DNA of 37,669 nt from a virus (lineage: Duplodnaviria > Caudoviricetes): positions 1-37,669 of IMG/VR virus record IMGVR_UViG_3300042191_000309; one strand, 5' to 3'. Under the pieces are notes generated by a model that was not told where the DNA came from, searched no databases, and saw only the letters and a list, made by a program, of their open reading frames with translations. Below, piece by piece: positions 7,578-15,571 of this stretch (positions are counted from its first letter, which is position 1; each line of letters begins with the position of its first letter). The position numbers were made by a program, and so were the translations under genes.

Positions 7578-8594
7578 ATGCGCAACGAAACCCGAATCAA
7601 GTTCAACGAATATGCCGCCCAGCTGGCACAGCTGAATGGCGTCCCCTCCGTGATGGAGAAGTTCGTGGTCGCGCCGACCATCCAACAAAAGCTGGAAGAG
7701 CGCATCCAGCTCTCCAGCGAGTTCCTGCAAGCCATCAACGTCATCGGCGTGCTGGAGCAGGAAGGCGAGAAAATCGGCATGGATGCCGCAGGCACCATCG
7801 CCGGCCGCACCAACACCGCTGCAAACGACCGCGTGCCGCGCGAGATGCATGCGCTGGACTCCAACAAGTACAAGTGCGAGAAGACCGAGTTCGACACCGC
7901 GATCAAGTACGCCTTGATCGATGCCTGGGCGAAATTCCCTGACTTCCAGACCAAGCTGCGCGACGTGATCCTGAAGCGTCAAGCGCTGGACCGCATCATG
8001 ATCGGCTTCAACGGCACATCCGTTGCCGCCACTACTGACCGCGTAGCCAATCCGCTGCTGCAGGACGTGAACAAGGGCTGGATCCAGCACTTCCGTGAAA
8101 ACGCAGCCGCCCGGGTGATGTCCGAAGTCGTCGCAGCCTCCGGCGCGATCAAGGTTGGCGCAGCTGCTGGCAAAGACTACGAGAACCTCGACGCCCTGGT
8201 GTTCGATGCCCGCAACAATCTGATCGACCCGACATTCCGTCAGGACCCGAGCCTGGTCGTGATCTGCGGAACGGACCTGATGGCCGACAAGTACTTCCCG
8301 ATCATCAACCAGAATCAGCGTCCGGAAGACCTGCTGGTGATGGACATGCTGGTCAGCCAGAAGCGCATCGGCGGCCTGCCCGGCATCCAGGTGCCGTACA
8401 TCCCGGCTGACACATTGATGATCACGCCGCTGAAGAACCTGTCCGTCTACTGGCAGGAAGGTTCGCGCCGCCGCACGGTGTTGGACAACGCCAAGCGCGA
8501 CCAGATCGAGAACTACGAGTCGAGCAACGAAGCCTACGTGGTGGAAGACTACCGCGCCGGTTGCGTAGTCGAGAACATCGTCACTGCCTGGTAA
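7578..8594 (+). CDS. N: Major capsid protein (P2 gpN)
   Basis: MRNETR, DAWAKFPDFQ, ALDRIMIGFNG, NPLLQDVNKGW, YESSNEAYVVEDY. Confidence 0.96.
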   Translation: MRNETRIKFNEYAAQLAQLNGVPSVMEKFVVAPTIQQKLEERIQLSSEFLQAINVIGVLEQEGEKIGMDAAGTIAGRTNTAANDRVPREMHALDSNKYKCEKTEFDTAIKYALIDAWAKFPDFQTKLRDVILKRQALDRIMIGFNGTSVAATTDRVANPLLQDVNKGWIQHFRENAAARVMSEVVAASGAIKVGAAAGKDYENLDALVFDARNNLIDPTFRQDPSLVVICGTDLMADKYFPIINQNQRPEDLLVMDMLVSQKRIGGLPGIQVPYIPADTLMITPLKNLSVYWQEGSRRRTVLDNAKRDQIENYESSNEAYVVEDYRAGCVVENIVTAW

Positions 8595-8596
8595 TC

Positions 8597-9274
8597 ATGA
8601 GCAGCCCCGCCCGTAAACACTTCCAGCGCACCTCTGCGGCCACATCCAAGGCCGCAGAGGAAGTCAGCACGCGCAAGGACGCCACCCAGTACGAGCTGAT
8701 GCTCTACAAGCTGGCCGAAGACAAGCGCCGCCTGCACGACGTGCAGAGCATGGAGCGCAAGGCTGAAGTCAAACGCGAGATCCTGCCCGAGTATGCACCG
8801 TGGGTCGAAGGCGTGCTGCAAGGCCAACAAGGCGTGCAGGACGATGTGCTGATGACCGTCATGGTCTGGCGCATCGACGCAGGTGACTACCTCGGCGCGC
8901 TGGAGATCGCCCGCTATGCCATCAAGCACAAGCTCTCCATGCCCGATCAGTACAAGCGCACTACCGCCTGCCTGATCGCTGAAGAGATGGCCGACATGGC
9001 GATCAAGGCGCACGACGGCGGCATCGCCTTCAACGTCGAACCTCTGCAACAGACCGCAGAGATCACCGCCGAAGAAGACATGCCGGACGAGGTACGCGCC
9101 AAGCTGTACAAGGCCATCGGCTATGCCATGTCCAGCGAGAAGCCGCTGTGGAATAAAGCCTTGGAGTATTTCAAGCGCGCACTCAACCTGCACGACAAGG
9201 TCGGCGTGAAGAAAGACATCGAGAAGCTCGAACGCGATCTGAAGAACTCGACCGACGCTCCTGGCGCCGGTTAA
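8597..9274 (+). CDS. M: Terminase small/endonuclease subunit (P2 gpM)
   Basis: SPARKH, QDDVLMTVMVWRIDAGD, DMPDEVRAKL, GVKKDIEKLER. Confidence 0.93.
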   Translation: MSSPARKHFQRTSAATSKAAEEVSTRKDATQYELMLYKLAEDKRRLHDVQSMERKAEVKREILPEYAPWVEGVLQGQQGVQDDVLMTVMVWRIDAGDYLGALEIARYAIKHKLSMPDQYKRTTACLIAEEMADMAIKAHDGGIAFNVEPLQQTAEITAEEDMPDEVRAKLYKAIGYAMSSEKPLWNKALEYFKRALNLHDKVGVKKDIEKLERDLKNSTDAPGAG

Positions 9275-9375
9275 ACCGGGCGGACCCCGCACTGGCGGCG
9301 AGAGGTGTGGCAATGGACTGGTCTCCACACTGCCTCACCTCTCCCACCGCCAACTAACCGAAGGCTCCAACCACC

Positions 9376-9846
9376 ATGAACAGCTTCGTCGTTAACGTCC
9401 CGGCACCAACACCCGCAGAAGCAAAAATCACCAGCTCCGCGTTCTGGCCGGAAGTCGACCCCGTAGCCATCCGTGCATCCCATCGCATCGACGGAACCAT
9501 CACCGCCGAACGCCTTAAAGACGCCCTCATCGAGGCCATCACCACCGTCAACACCGCACTCGCCGTTTGGCGCGCCGCCCGCGAACTTGAAGGCCGCGCA
9601 ACGCTGGCTGCCGTGCCCGCGGAAGAGGTGGGCGGAGCCTCCTTCAACGTCAACCGCTACCACCGCGCGGTTGGCTGCCATGCCAAGGCACTACTGACCG
9701 AGCGTTACCGCGACTTTGACACTACCGCAGCCGGTAACAAGAAGGCCGACCAACTGGAAAACCCAATCGACGACCTGCACCGCGACGCGCACTGGGCGAT
9801 CAACGACATCATCGGCATCGGCCGCACTACCGTGGAGCTGATCTGA
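9376..9846 (+). CDS. L: Head completion protein (P2 gpL)
   Basis: FWPEVD, RIDGTITAERL, ERYRDFDTT, RDAHWAI..RTTVELI. Confidence 0.93.
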   Translation: MNSFVVNVPAPTPAEAKITSSAFWPEVDPVAIRASHRIDGTITAERLKDALIEAITTVNTALAVWRAARELEGRATLAAVPAEEVGGASFNVNRYHRAVGCHAKALLTERYRDFDTTAAGNKKADQLENPIDDLHRDAHWAINDIIGIGRTTVELI

Positions 9847-10052
9847 TGATCGTCACCGCCCAACAAGGCGACACCGTGGACGGGCTGTGCCAGCGGCACC
9901 TAGGCTGCACCGCCACCGTCACCGAACAGGTGCTGTCCACGAACCAAGGCATCGCCGCACTCGGCCCTGTGCTGCCGATGGGCACGCAACTCACCCTGCC
10001 CGACCAGGCACCGGCCAAGAAAAACAACTCAATCATCCAACTCTGGGACTAG
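9846..10052 (+). CDS. X: Tail protein X (LysM-like, P2 gpX)
   Basis: AQQGDTVDGLCQRHLG...GPVLPMGT...IQLWD. Confidence 0.93.
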   Translation: MIVTAQQGDTVDGLCQRHLGCTATVTEQVLSTNQGIAALGPVLPMGTQLTLPDQAPAKKNNSIIQLWD

Positions 10053-10054
10053 AC

Positions 10055-10384
10055 ATGCTCCAAAACCTGCACATCGAGAACACCCTCGGCCCCGCCCTCG
10101 TCGGGGCAATCTCATTCCTGTTCGGCGTGCCGGTCGCCGTCCTGATCGCCGCATTCGCCGGGTCATGGATGGCCGTCGCGGTGAGCGAGAAAACGACCTT
10201 CGCCAAATCGGCGCTGATCATCACGGGCGGCACCGTGGCGTCCGGATACCTGACGCCGGCCGCGCTCTACTTCCTGGGTGAAATGCCGCAACGCCCAGCC
10301 GCCGCCATCCTCGGATTCTTCGCAGTACACAAGGAAAGCCGCCAATGGCTGATCGAGAAGGTGAAATCATGGTTCAGCAAATAA
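10055..10384 (+). CDS. Putative holin
   Basis: Small protein with about three hydrophobic segments and a charged C-terminus, first gene of the lysis cassette. Confidence 0.7.
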   Translation: MLQNLHIENTLGPALVGAISFLFGVPVAVLIAAFAGSWMAVAVSEKTTFAKSALIITGGTVASGYLTPAALYFLGEMPQRPAAAILGFFAVHKESRQWLIEKVKSWFSK

Positions 10385-10632
10385 TCGCCATCCTGCTCGG
10401 CTTCTACCTGCTGAGCGAATCCATCGCCGCCGCCGCGCTTATGCATGGCGGAGACCGCCTGTGCCGCGTCGCCAAGTACCTCCTCACCGGGCTGGTCGGC
10501 ATCTGCCTGATCACCGAATTCAAATCGGCGGATGGCTTGCACCTCCTCATGGCCGCAGCGCTCTGCCTGTTCGTCTGGCCCAAGATGCTGGCGCGCATCG
10601 AACAACTTTTCGACCAACTGATAGGGGACTGA
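10369..10632 (+). CDS. Second small membrane protein (holin/antiholin-like)
   Basis: 87 aa, about three hydrophobic segments, between holin and endolysin. Confidence 0.55.
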   Translation: MVQQIIAILLGFYLLSESIAAAALMHGGDRLCRVAKYLLTGLVGICLITEFKSADGLHLLMAAALCLFVWPKMLARIEQLFDQLIGD

Positions 10633-10633
10633 C

Positions 10634-11410
10634 ATGCGAAATGGAGACACCGGCGCCGCCGTGCGCGATCTGCAGAAGTTGCTCGGCATCGAAGCCGATG
10701 GCTGGTACGGAGAAAAAACAGAAGCGGCCGTGCGCGAATTCCAGCGCAAGGTCGGCCTGGTTGCTGATGGAGTTGCCGGAAGCCAGACGCTATTGTTCCT
10801 GAAGCATGGTGTCGTCATCGGCGGGCGCAGCCTTACCCACGCCGCCGTATTGGAAGCCGCCGCCGCCCTCGATGTGGATCTCGGCACAATCCTGTCTGTT
10901 ACAGACGTGGAGGCCGGTGGCGATGGCTTCCTGCCAGATGGAAGGGCGGACATCCTGTTCGAGCGCCACATCATGCACAAGCGCCTGAAAGCTGCCGATC
11001 GTGATGCAGATGCACTCGCTGCGAAATACCCGAACATCGTCAACACACTGCGCGGCGGGTATGCCGGTGGATCCGCAGAACACTTCCGGCTGAATACGGC
11101 CATCGGCATCGACAAGCAGTGCGCTCTCGAATCGGCGAGCTGGGGAATGTTCCAGATCATGGGATACCACTGGCAGGCGCTCGGATACGACAGCGTCGAC
11201 GACTTCGTATCCCGCATGCAGAAAAACGAAGGCGAGCAGCTCGATGCCTTCGTGCGCTTCGTCAAGGCCGACCCGGCACTGCACAAGGCGCTCAAGTCCC
11301 GCAAGTGGGCAGAGTTCGCCAAGATATACAACGGCCCCGCCTACCGCGAAAACCTCTACGACGCCAAGCTGGCGCGTGCCTATGAACGTCATTCAGGAGT
11401 TGAAGCATGA
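10634..11410 (+). CDS. Endolysin: PG-binding domain plus DUF3380-type N-acetylmuramidase
   Basis: ADGWYGEKTEAAVREFQRKVGLVADGVAG; ILFERH, SASWGMFQIMG, YNGPAY. Confidence 0.93.
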   Translation: MRNGDTGAAVRDLQKLLGIEADGWYGEKTEAAVREFQRKVGLVADGVAGSQTLLFLKHGVVIGGRSLTHAAVLEAAAALDVDLGTILSVTDVEAGGDGFLPDGRADILFERHIMHKRLKAADRDADALAAKYPNIVNTLRGGYAGGSAEHFRLNTAIGIDKQCALESASWGMFQIMGYHWQALGYDSVDDFVSRMQKNEGEQLDAFVRFVKADPALHKALKSRKWAEFAKIYNGPAYRENLYDAKLARAYERHSGVEA

Positions 11411-11973
11411 ACGCACCCCGCACAGAATGGAGATGGTATTCCGCCATCACGGCGGCGATATTGATTGTATTCGCCGCCTTGGCTTGGTACTTCTACGATG
11501 GCAAAGCATCTCCGGACGCCGTGATCGCCACCCCATCCAAGGAAGTGAAAGACCTCCCCAAGGCCTCCGTGCCGATCAAGAAACCGCTCAAGGTCTACAG
11601 CGGCGGCTCCAAGCTCAAGGACAAGCTCGGCCTGCCCGCCGACGTGACGCAAAACGATGCCAAGCACGTCATCGCCAGCACCACGGTCAACTGCGACCAG
11701 CCGCACACCATCACCACCGTCATCGACGCCGAGACCGGCGAGAGCCAGACCTACGACCAACCAGCGCCGCGCCCATGGCTTGCCCGCAACGACCAGAGCA
11801 AGGTCGGCGTCTATGCCGTGTTCAAGAACGGCACGCCCACCCTCAGCCTTCAGGGAAGGCGCGGCCTGTTCAGTGTGAAATCGCTCGACTTCGTCGGCGT
11901 GGCCGGTATCGATCACCCGATGTCCGGAACTGGCGGACTCGGCACGCAGATCGGTATCGGGGTGGAGTTCTGA
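11407..11973 (+). CDS. Membrane-anchored protein at the spanin position, function unknown
   Basis: N-terminal TM; beta-rich C-terminus ending GIGVEF; ATGA overlap with the endolysin. Confidence 0.7.
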   Translation: MNAPRTEWRWYSAITAAILIVFAALAWYFYDGKASPDAVIATPSKEVKDLPKASVPIKKPLKVYSGGSKLKDKLGLPADVTQNDAKHVIASTTVNCDQPHTITTVIDAETGESQTYDQPAPRPWLARNDQSKVGVYAVFKNGTPTLSLQGRRGLFSVKSLDFVGVAGIDHPMSGTGGLGTQIGIGVEF

Positions 11974-11974
11974 C

Positions 11975-12442
11975 GTGAAAAAGCCCGCCGACCTTCGCGC
12001 CCACCTGGCAACAGCCGTTCCTTGCCTCGCCAAGGATCCGGACAAGCTGCACGTCTTCATCGAGAACGGCAACATCGTCAGCCGCATCGGTGGTGGCCTG
12101 TCGTTCGAGTATCGCTACACCGTCACCCTGATCATCACCGACTTCACCGATCACGCCGACACCCTCATCGTCCCCCTGCTCGCCTGGATCGCCATCAACC
12201 AGCCAGACCTGCTGCAGCATCCGGATAAACAGGAACAGGCCATCCGCATGACCGCCGAGATCCTCGACAAGGACACGGTCGATATCGAGATCAAGATCGA
12301 CCTCACCGAGCGCGTCATCGTCACCGCCAATCCGGACACCAGCTACACCGCGACCCACCCGGACGAACCGGTGCTGCCCGATCTCGGTGGCCCGGTCGGC
12401 TGGGAACTGCTCATCAACGGCACACCGCTCGACCAGGCATGA
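11975..12442 (+). CDS. R: Tail completion protein (P2 gpR)
   Basis: MKKPADLRAHL, DPDKLHVFIENG, SFEYRYT, NQPDLL, LTERVIV. Confidence 0.93.
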   Translation: MKKPADLRAHLATAVPCLAKDPDKLHVFIENGNIVSRIGGGLSFEYRYTVTLIITDFTDHADTLIVPLLAWIAINQPDLLQHPDKQEQAIRMTAEILDKDTVDIEIKIDLTERVIVTANPDTSYTATHPDEPVLPDLGGPVGWELLINGTPLDQA

Positions 12443-12897
12443 GCGACCTCGACCCGCTCGACGCCTACTGCTCCGCACTGCTGGCCAAGCTGCAACCCTC
12501 CGCCCGCCGTCAGCTCGCCCGCGAGATCGGCACCGGCCTGCGCGCCAGCAATGCGAAGCGCATCGCCTCCCAGCGCAACCCGGACGGCAGCCCATACGAG
12601 CCGCGCAAGCCGCAGACCCTGCGCCGCAAGAAAGGCAGCATCCGCCGCGGCATGTTCGCCAAGCTGCGCACCGCGCGCTACCTCAAGATGCAGGCCAGCC
12701 CGGAGTCGGCCGTCATCAAGTTCGCAGGCGAGGTTGAGCGCATCGCCGCAGTCCACCACCACGGCCTGCGCGACAAGGTCAACCGCCGCCGCAGTATCGA
12801 AGTGCAATACCCAGAGCGCAAGCTGATCGGCATCGCTACGGGCGACATCTCCCTCGTCAAAGACTTGGTGATCGAGCATCTATCCCGCGAGTTGTAA
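12439..12897 (+). CDS. S: Tail completion protein (P2 gpS)
   Basis: QRNPDGSPYEPRK, MFAKLRTARYLK, IAAVHHHGLRD, YPERKLIG. Confidence 0.93.
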   Translation: MSDLDPLDAYCSALLAKLQPSARRQLAREIGTGLRASNAKRIASQRNPDGSPYEPRKPQTLRRKKGSIRRGMFAKLRTARYLKMQASPESAVIKFAGEVERIAAVHHHGLRDKVNRRRSIEVQYPERKLIGIATGDISLVKDLVIEHLSREL

Positions 12898-12913
12898 AAC
12901 GGCAAACCACAAC
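12891..12913 (+). promoter_or_regulatory. Ogr-type box of the V late promoter
   Basis: GTTGT-N13-ACAAC. Confidence 0.8.
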
Positions 12914-12958
12914 ACGCGCCGCCAGCCACCTGAACCCGTGCAAGGCATATTAATTCGT

Positions 12959-13537
12959 ATGGATATCGCAGAACTCTCCCGCAAACTTGAGAACATGATC
13001 CGAATCGGCACGATTGCCGAGATCGATCACGCCGCGCGCCGCGTGCGCGTGGACAGCGGCGCACTGACTACCGACTGGCTCAAGTGGCGCGCAGGCCGCG
13101 CCGGTGCCACCCTCACCTGGGAACCGCCTACCCTCGGCGAACAGGTGATGATCCTCTCCCCCAGCGGAGAGTTGGCCAACGGCATCGTCATGCCATCCAT
13201 CTACAGCGACGCCCACGACGCCCCAGACAGCTCGCCCGACACCCACGTCACCCAATACCAGGACGGCGCGGTCGTTTCTTATAACCACAACAGCGGCGCG
13301 CTGTCGGTCACCGGCATCAAGAGCGCATCCATCGCCGCCAGCGGCAATGTGTCGGTCGAATGCGCCGCCGCCACCGTCAATTGCACCGGCAAGGCCGCGG
13401 TCACCGCCGAGGGCGGCATCGAGCTGGATGGAGACGGCGCCGCGCAACTGAAAGGCATCTTGCAGGGAGACTGCATCTGCATGCTCACCGGTGCCCCGCA
13501 CCCGCACATCTCGGCCACCGTGAAAGGGAGTGCCTGA
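12959..13537 (+). CDS. V: Baseplate spike (P2 gpV)
   Basis: LENMIRIGTI, TDWLKW, PPTLGEQVMILSPSGEL, DGAVVSY. Confidence 0.92.
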   Translation: MDIAELSRKLENMIRIGTIAEIDHAARRVRVDSGALTTDWLKWRAGRAGATLTWEPPTLGEQVMILSPSGELANGIVMPSIYSDAHDAPDSSPDTHVTQYQDGAVVSYNHNSGALSVTGIKSASIAASGNVSVECAAATVNCTGKAAVTAEGGIELDGDGAAQLKGILQGDCICMLTGAPHPHISATVKGSA

Positions 13538-13758
13538 TGGCAATGACAGCCGAATCCATGCTGCAGAAAATCAAGGACGCCATGCCAGCACCTGTGCAGA
13601 CATCCAACACAGCCGCCGCTGCCCAGCATTCCGATGCGGTCATGCTCGCGTTCTGTCAGGGCGTCATCGACGAAGTCGTTGCGAACTCTGAGCTGGTTCC
13701 GGTCAGTAGCGATAGCGGCGCTGCCGGGTCCGGCATCATCACCGGGAAGGTCAAATAA
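13537..13758 (+). CDS. Small hypothetical protein, probably spike-associated
   Basis: 73 aa MAMTAESMLQKIK...; 1-bp stop/start overlaps with both V and W. Confidence 0.7.
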   Translation: MAMTAESMLQKIKDAMPAPVQTSNTAAAAQHSDAVMLAFCQGVIDEVVANSELVPVSSDSGAAGSGIITGKVK

Positions 13759-14093
13759 TGAACTCCACCACCGGCCGCAACATGGACGAGCGCGATCACA
13801 TCCAGCAGTCCATCCGCGACATCCTCACCACACGCATCGGCACGCGCACGATGCGCCGCAGCTACGGCTCCATCCTGCCTGAGCTGATCGACCAGCCCGG
13901 CAACCCTGCCACGCAGCTCAGGCTGATGGCGGCGAGCGTGATGGCGATCATCCGCTGGGAACGGCGCGTCATGATCACGCAGACCCAGTTCACCATCGAC
14001 ATGGACGGAAAGGGCATCCTCGACATGCAGGCCGTCCGCCGCGATGGCCCGCGCTCCGGCGAAGCCTTCGGCCTCAGCGTACAGGTGGCATAA
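13758..14093 (+). CDS. W: Baseplate wedge protein (P2 gpW, gp25-like)
   Basis: HIQQSIRDILTTRIGTRTMRRSYGS, RWERR. Confidence 0.93.
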   Translation: MNSTTGRNMDERDHIQQSIRDILTTRIGTRTMRRSYGSILPELIDQPGNPATQLRLMAASVMAIIRWERRVMITQTQFTIDMDGKGILDMQAVRRDGPRSGEAFGLSVQVA

Positions 14094-15002
14094 ATGACGG
14101 CCGTCGATCTATCTCAACTCACACCGCCCAACGTCATCGAAGCGCTCGACTACGAGACCATCCTCGCCGAGCACAAGGCCTACTTCATCGGCCTCTACCC
14201 AGCTGGACAACAGGCCGAGATCGCCGCCTTGCTGGAGATGGAATCCGAACCCATCGTCAAGCTGTTGCAGAACGCCGCCTACCGCGAGCTGCTGCTGCGC
14301 GCCCGCTACAACGACGAGGCGCGCGCCGTGATGCTCGCATTCGCTGCTGGCGCCGATCTGGACCACATCGGCGTCACCTACTACCAGGAAGCGCGCCTGC
14401 TGGTCACCCCCGCAGACCCGCTCGCCAACCCGCCCGTCGCCGCCGTGTACGAGACCGACGAAGCCTACCGCGAGCGCCTGCAACTGAAGCCGGAGAGCTG
14501 GTCTACCGCAGGCCCGACCGAGGGCTACGAGTTCCACGCGCGCAGCGCCAGCGGCCTGGTGAAAGATGCCAAGGCGACCAGTCCCTACCCCGGCACCACG
14601 CTGGTCACCGTTCTATCGACGGAAGGCCAAGGCGTGCCCACGCAACCCGTACTGGACGCGGTGATCGCCGCGCTCAACGCAGAGACGGTACGCCCGCTCA
14701 GCGAAGAGGTGCTGGTTCAGCCAGCGGAGATACTGACCTACCAGCTCATGGTCGGCCTGACCGTCCTGCCCGGATCCGTAGGCCAGGTTGCGCTGGCCGA
14801 GGCGCAGGCTGCGCTGAACCAATATGCCGCCGCTAGCCACGGCCTGGGCAAGTCCATCATCCTCACCGACATCATCGCCGCAGCGAAGCTGCCCGGCGTC
14901 TATGACGTATCGCTCAACCTGCTTGCCAACATCCCAGTGACTAAACAGCAGGCCGCATACTGCACAAGCATGGTTGTTGCCATCGTTGGGGGCGCACCAT
15001 GA
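14094..15002 (+). CDS. J: Baseplate protein J
   Basis: VDLSQLTPPNVIEALDYETIL, ESEPIVKLL, STAGP..YEFHARSA, VRPLSE. Confidence 0.93.
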   Translation: MTAVDLSQLTPPNVIEALDYETILAEHKAYFIGLYPAGQQAEIAALLEMESEPIVKLLQNAAYRELLLRARYNDEARAVMLAFAAGADLDHIGVTYYQEARLLVTPADPLANPPVAAVYETDEAYRERLQLKPESWSTAGPTEGYEFHARSASGLVKDAKATSPYPGTTLVTVLSTEGQGVPTQPVLDAVIAALNAETVRPLSEEVLVQPAEILTYQLMVGLTVLPGSVGQVALAEAQAALNQYAAASHGLGKSIILTDIIAAAKLPGVYDVSLNLLANIPVTKQQAAYCTSMVVAIVGGAP

Positions 15003-15559
15003 CCAGCCTGCTGCCACCCAACACGACTCAGTTAGAGCGTAATGCTGAAAGCACGCAGCTGCGCATTGCACCTCAACGCATCGTGCCGACCCTGTGGAAC
15101 GCGCAGACCTGCCCGGCAAACCTGCTTCCGTGGCTCGCATGGTCCTCCTCGACTGAGGACTGGGATCACCAATGGTCCGCGGATCAGAAACGCGCTGCCA
15201 TCGCATCGTCGGCAGAGGAGCACCGTTACAAAGGCACGCCAGCCGCAATCAAGAAAGCACTTGAGGTGCGTGGACATCCAGACGCTATTCTGATCGAGCG
15301 CGCCGACTACATCCATCACAATGGAGAAGCCACGCGCAACGGCCTACGCCGCCGTGGCGGCCCAACGCAGTGGGCGACCTATCGCATCATCCTGCAACGC
15401 CCGATCACACTGGACCAGGCGAGCACCATTACCGCGCTGCTAGGCAGCGTGACCCGAAACTGCTGCCACCTGGCAGCGCTCGACTACACCCGTGTCGCAT
15501 TGCGCCACAACGGATTTGCCGTCCGGGATGGCCAGTATTCGCGCGGAACCATCAACTAA
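14999..15559 (+). CDS. I: Tail protein I
   Basis: SLLPPN, TLWNAQTCPANLLPWLAW, HRYKGT. Confidence 0.9.
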   Translation: MTSLLPPNTTQLERNAESTQLRIAPQRIVPTLWNAQTCPANLLPWLAWSSSTEDWDHQWSADQKRAAIASSAEEHRYKGTPAAIKKALEVRGHPDAILIERADYIHHNGEATRNGLRRRGGPTQWATYRIILQRPITLDQASTITALLGSVTRNCCHLAALDYTRVALRHNGFAVRDGQYSRGTIN

Positions 15560-15571
15560 AGCGAGGAAACC

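Noticed and set aside
11657-11878. Embedded o-spanin (Rz1)
   Set aside because: The alternative-frame ORF has no signal peptide or lipobox Cys
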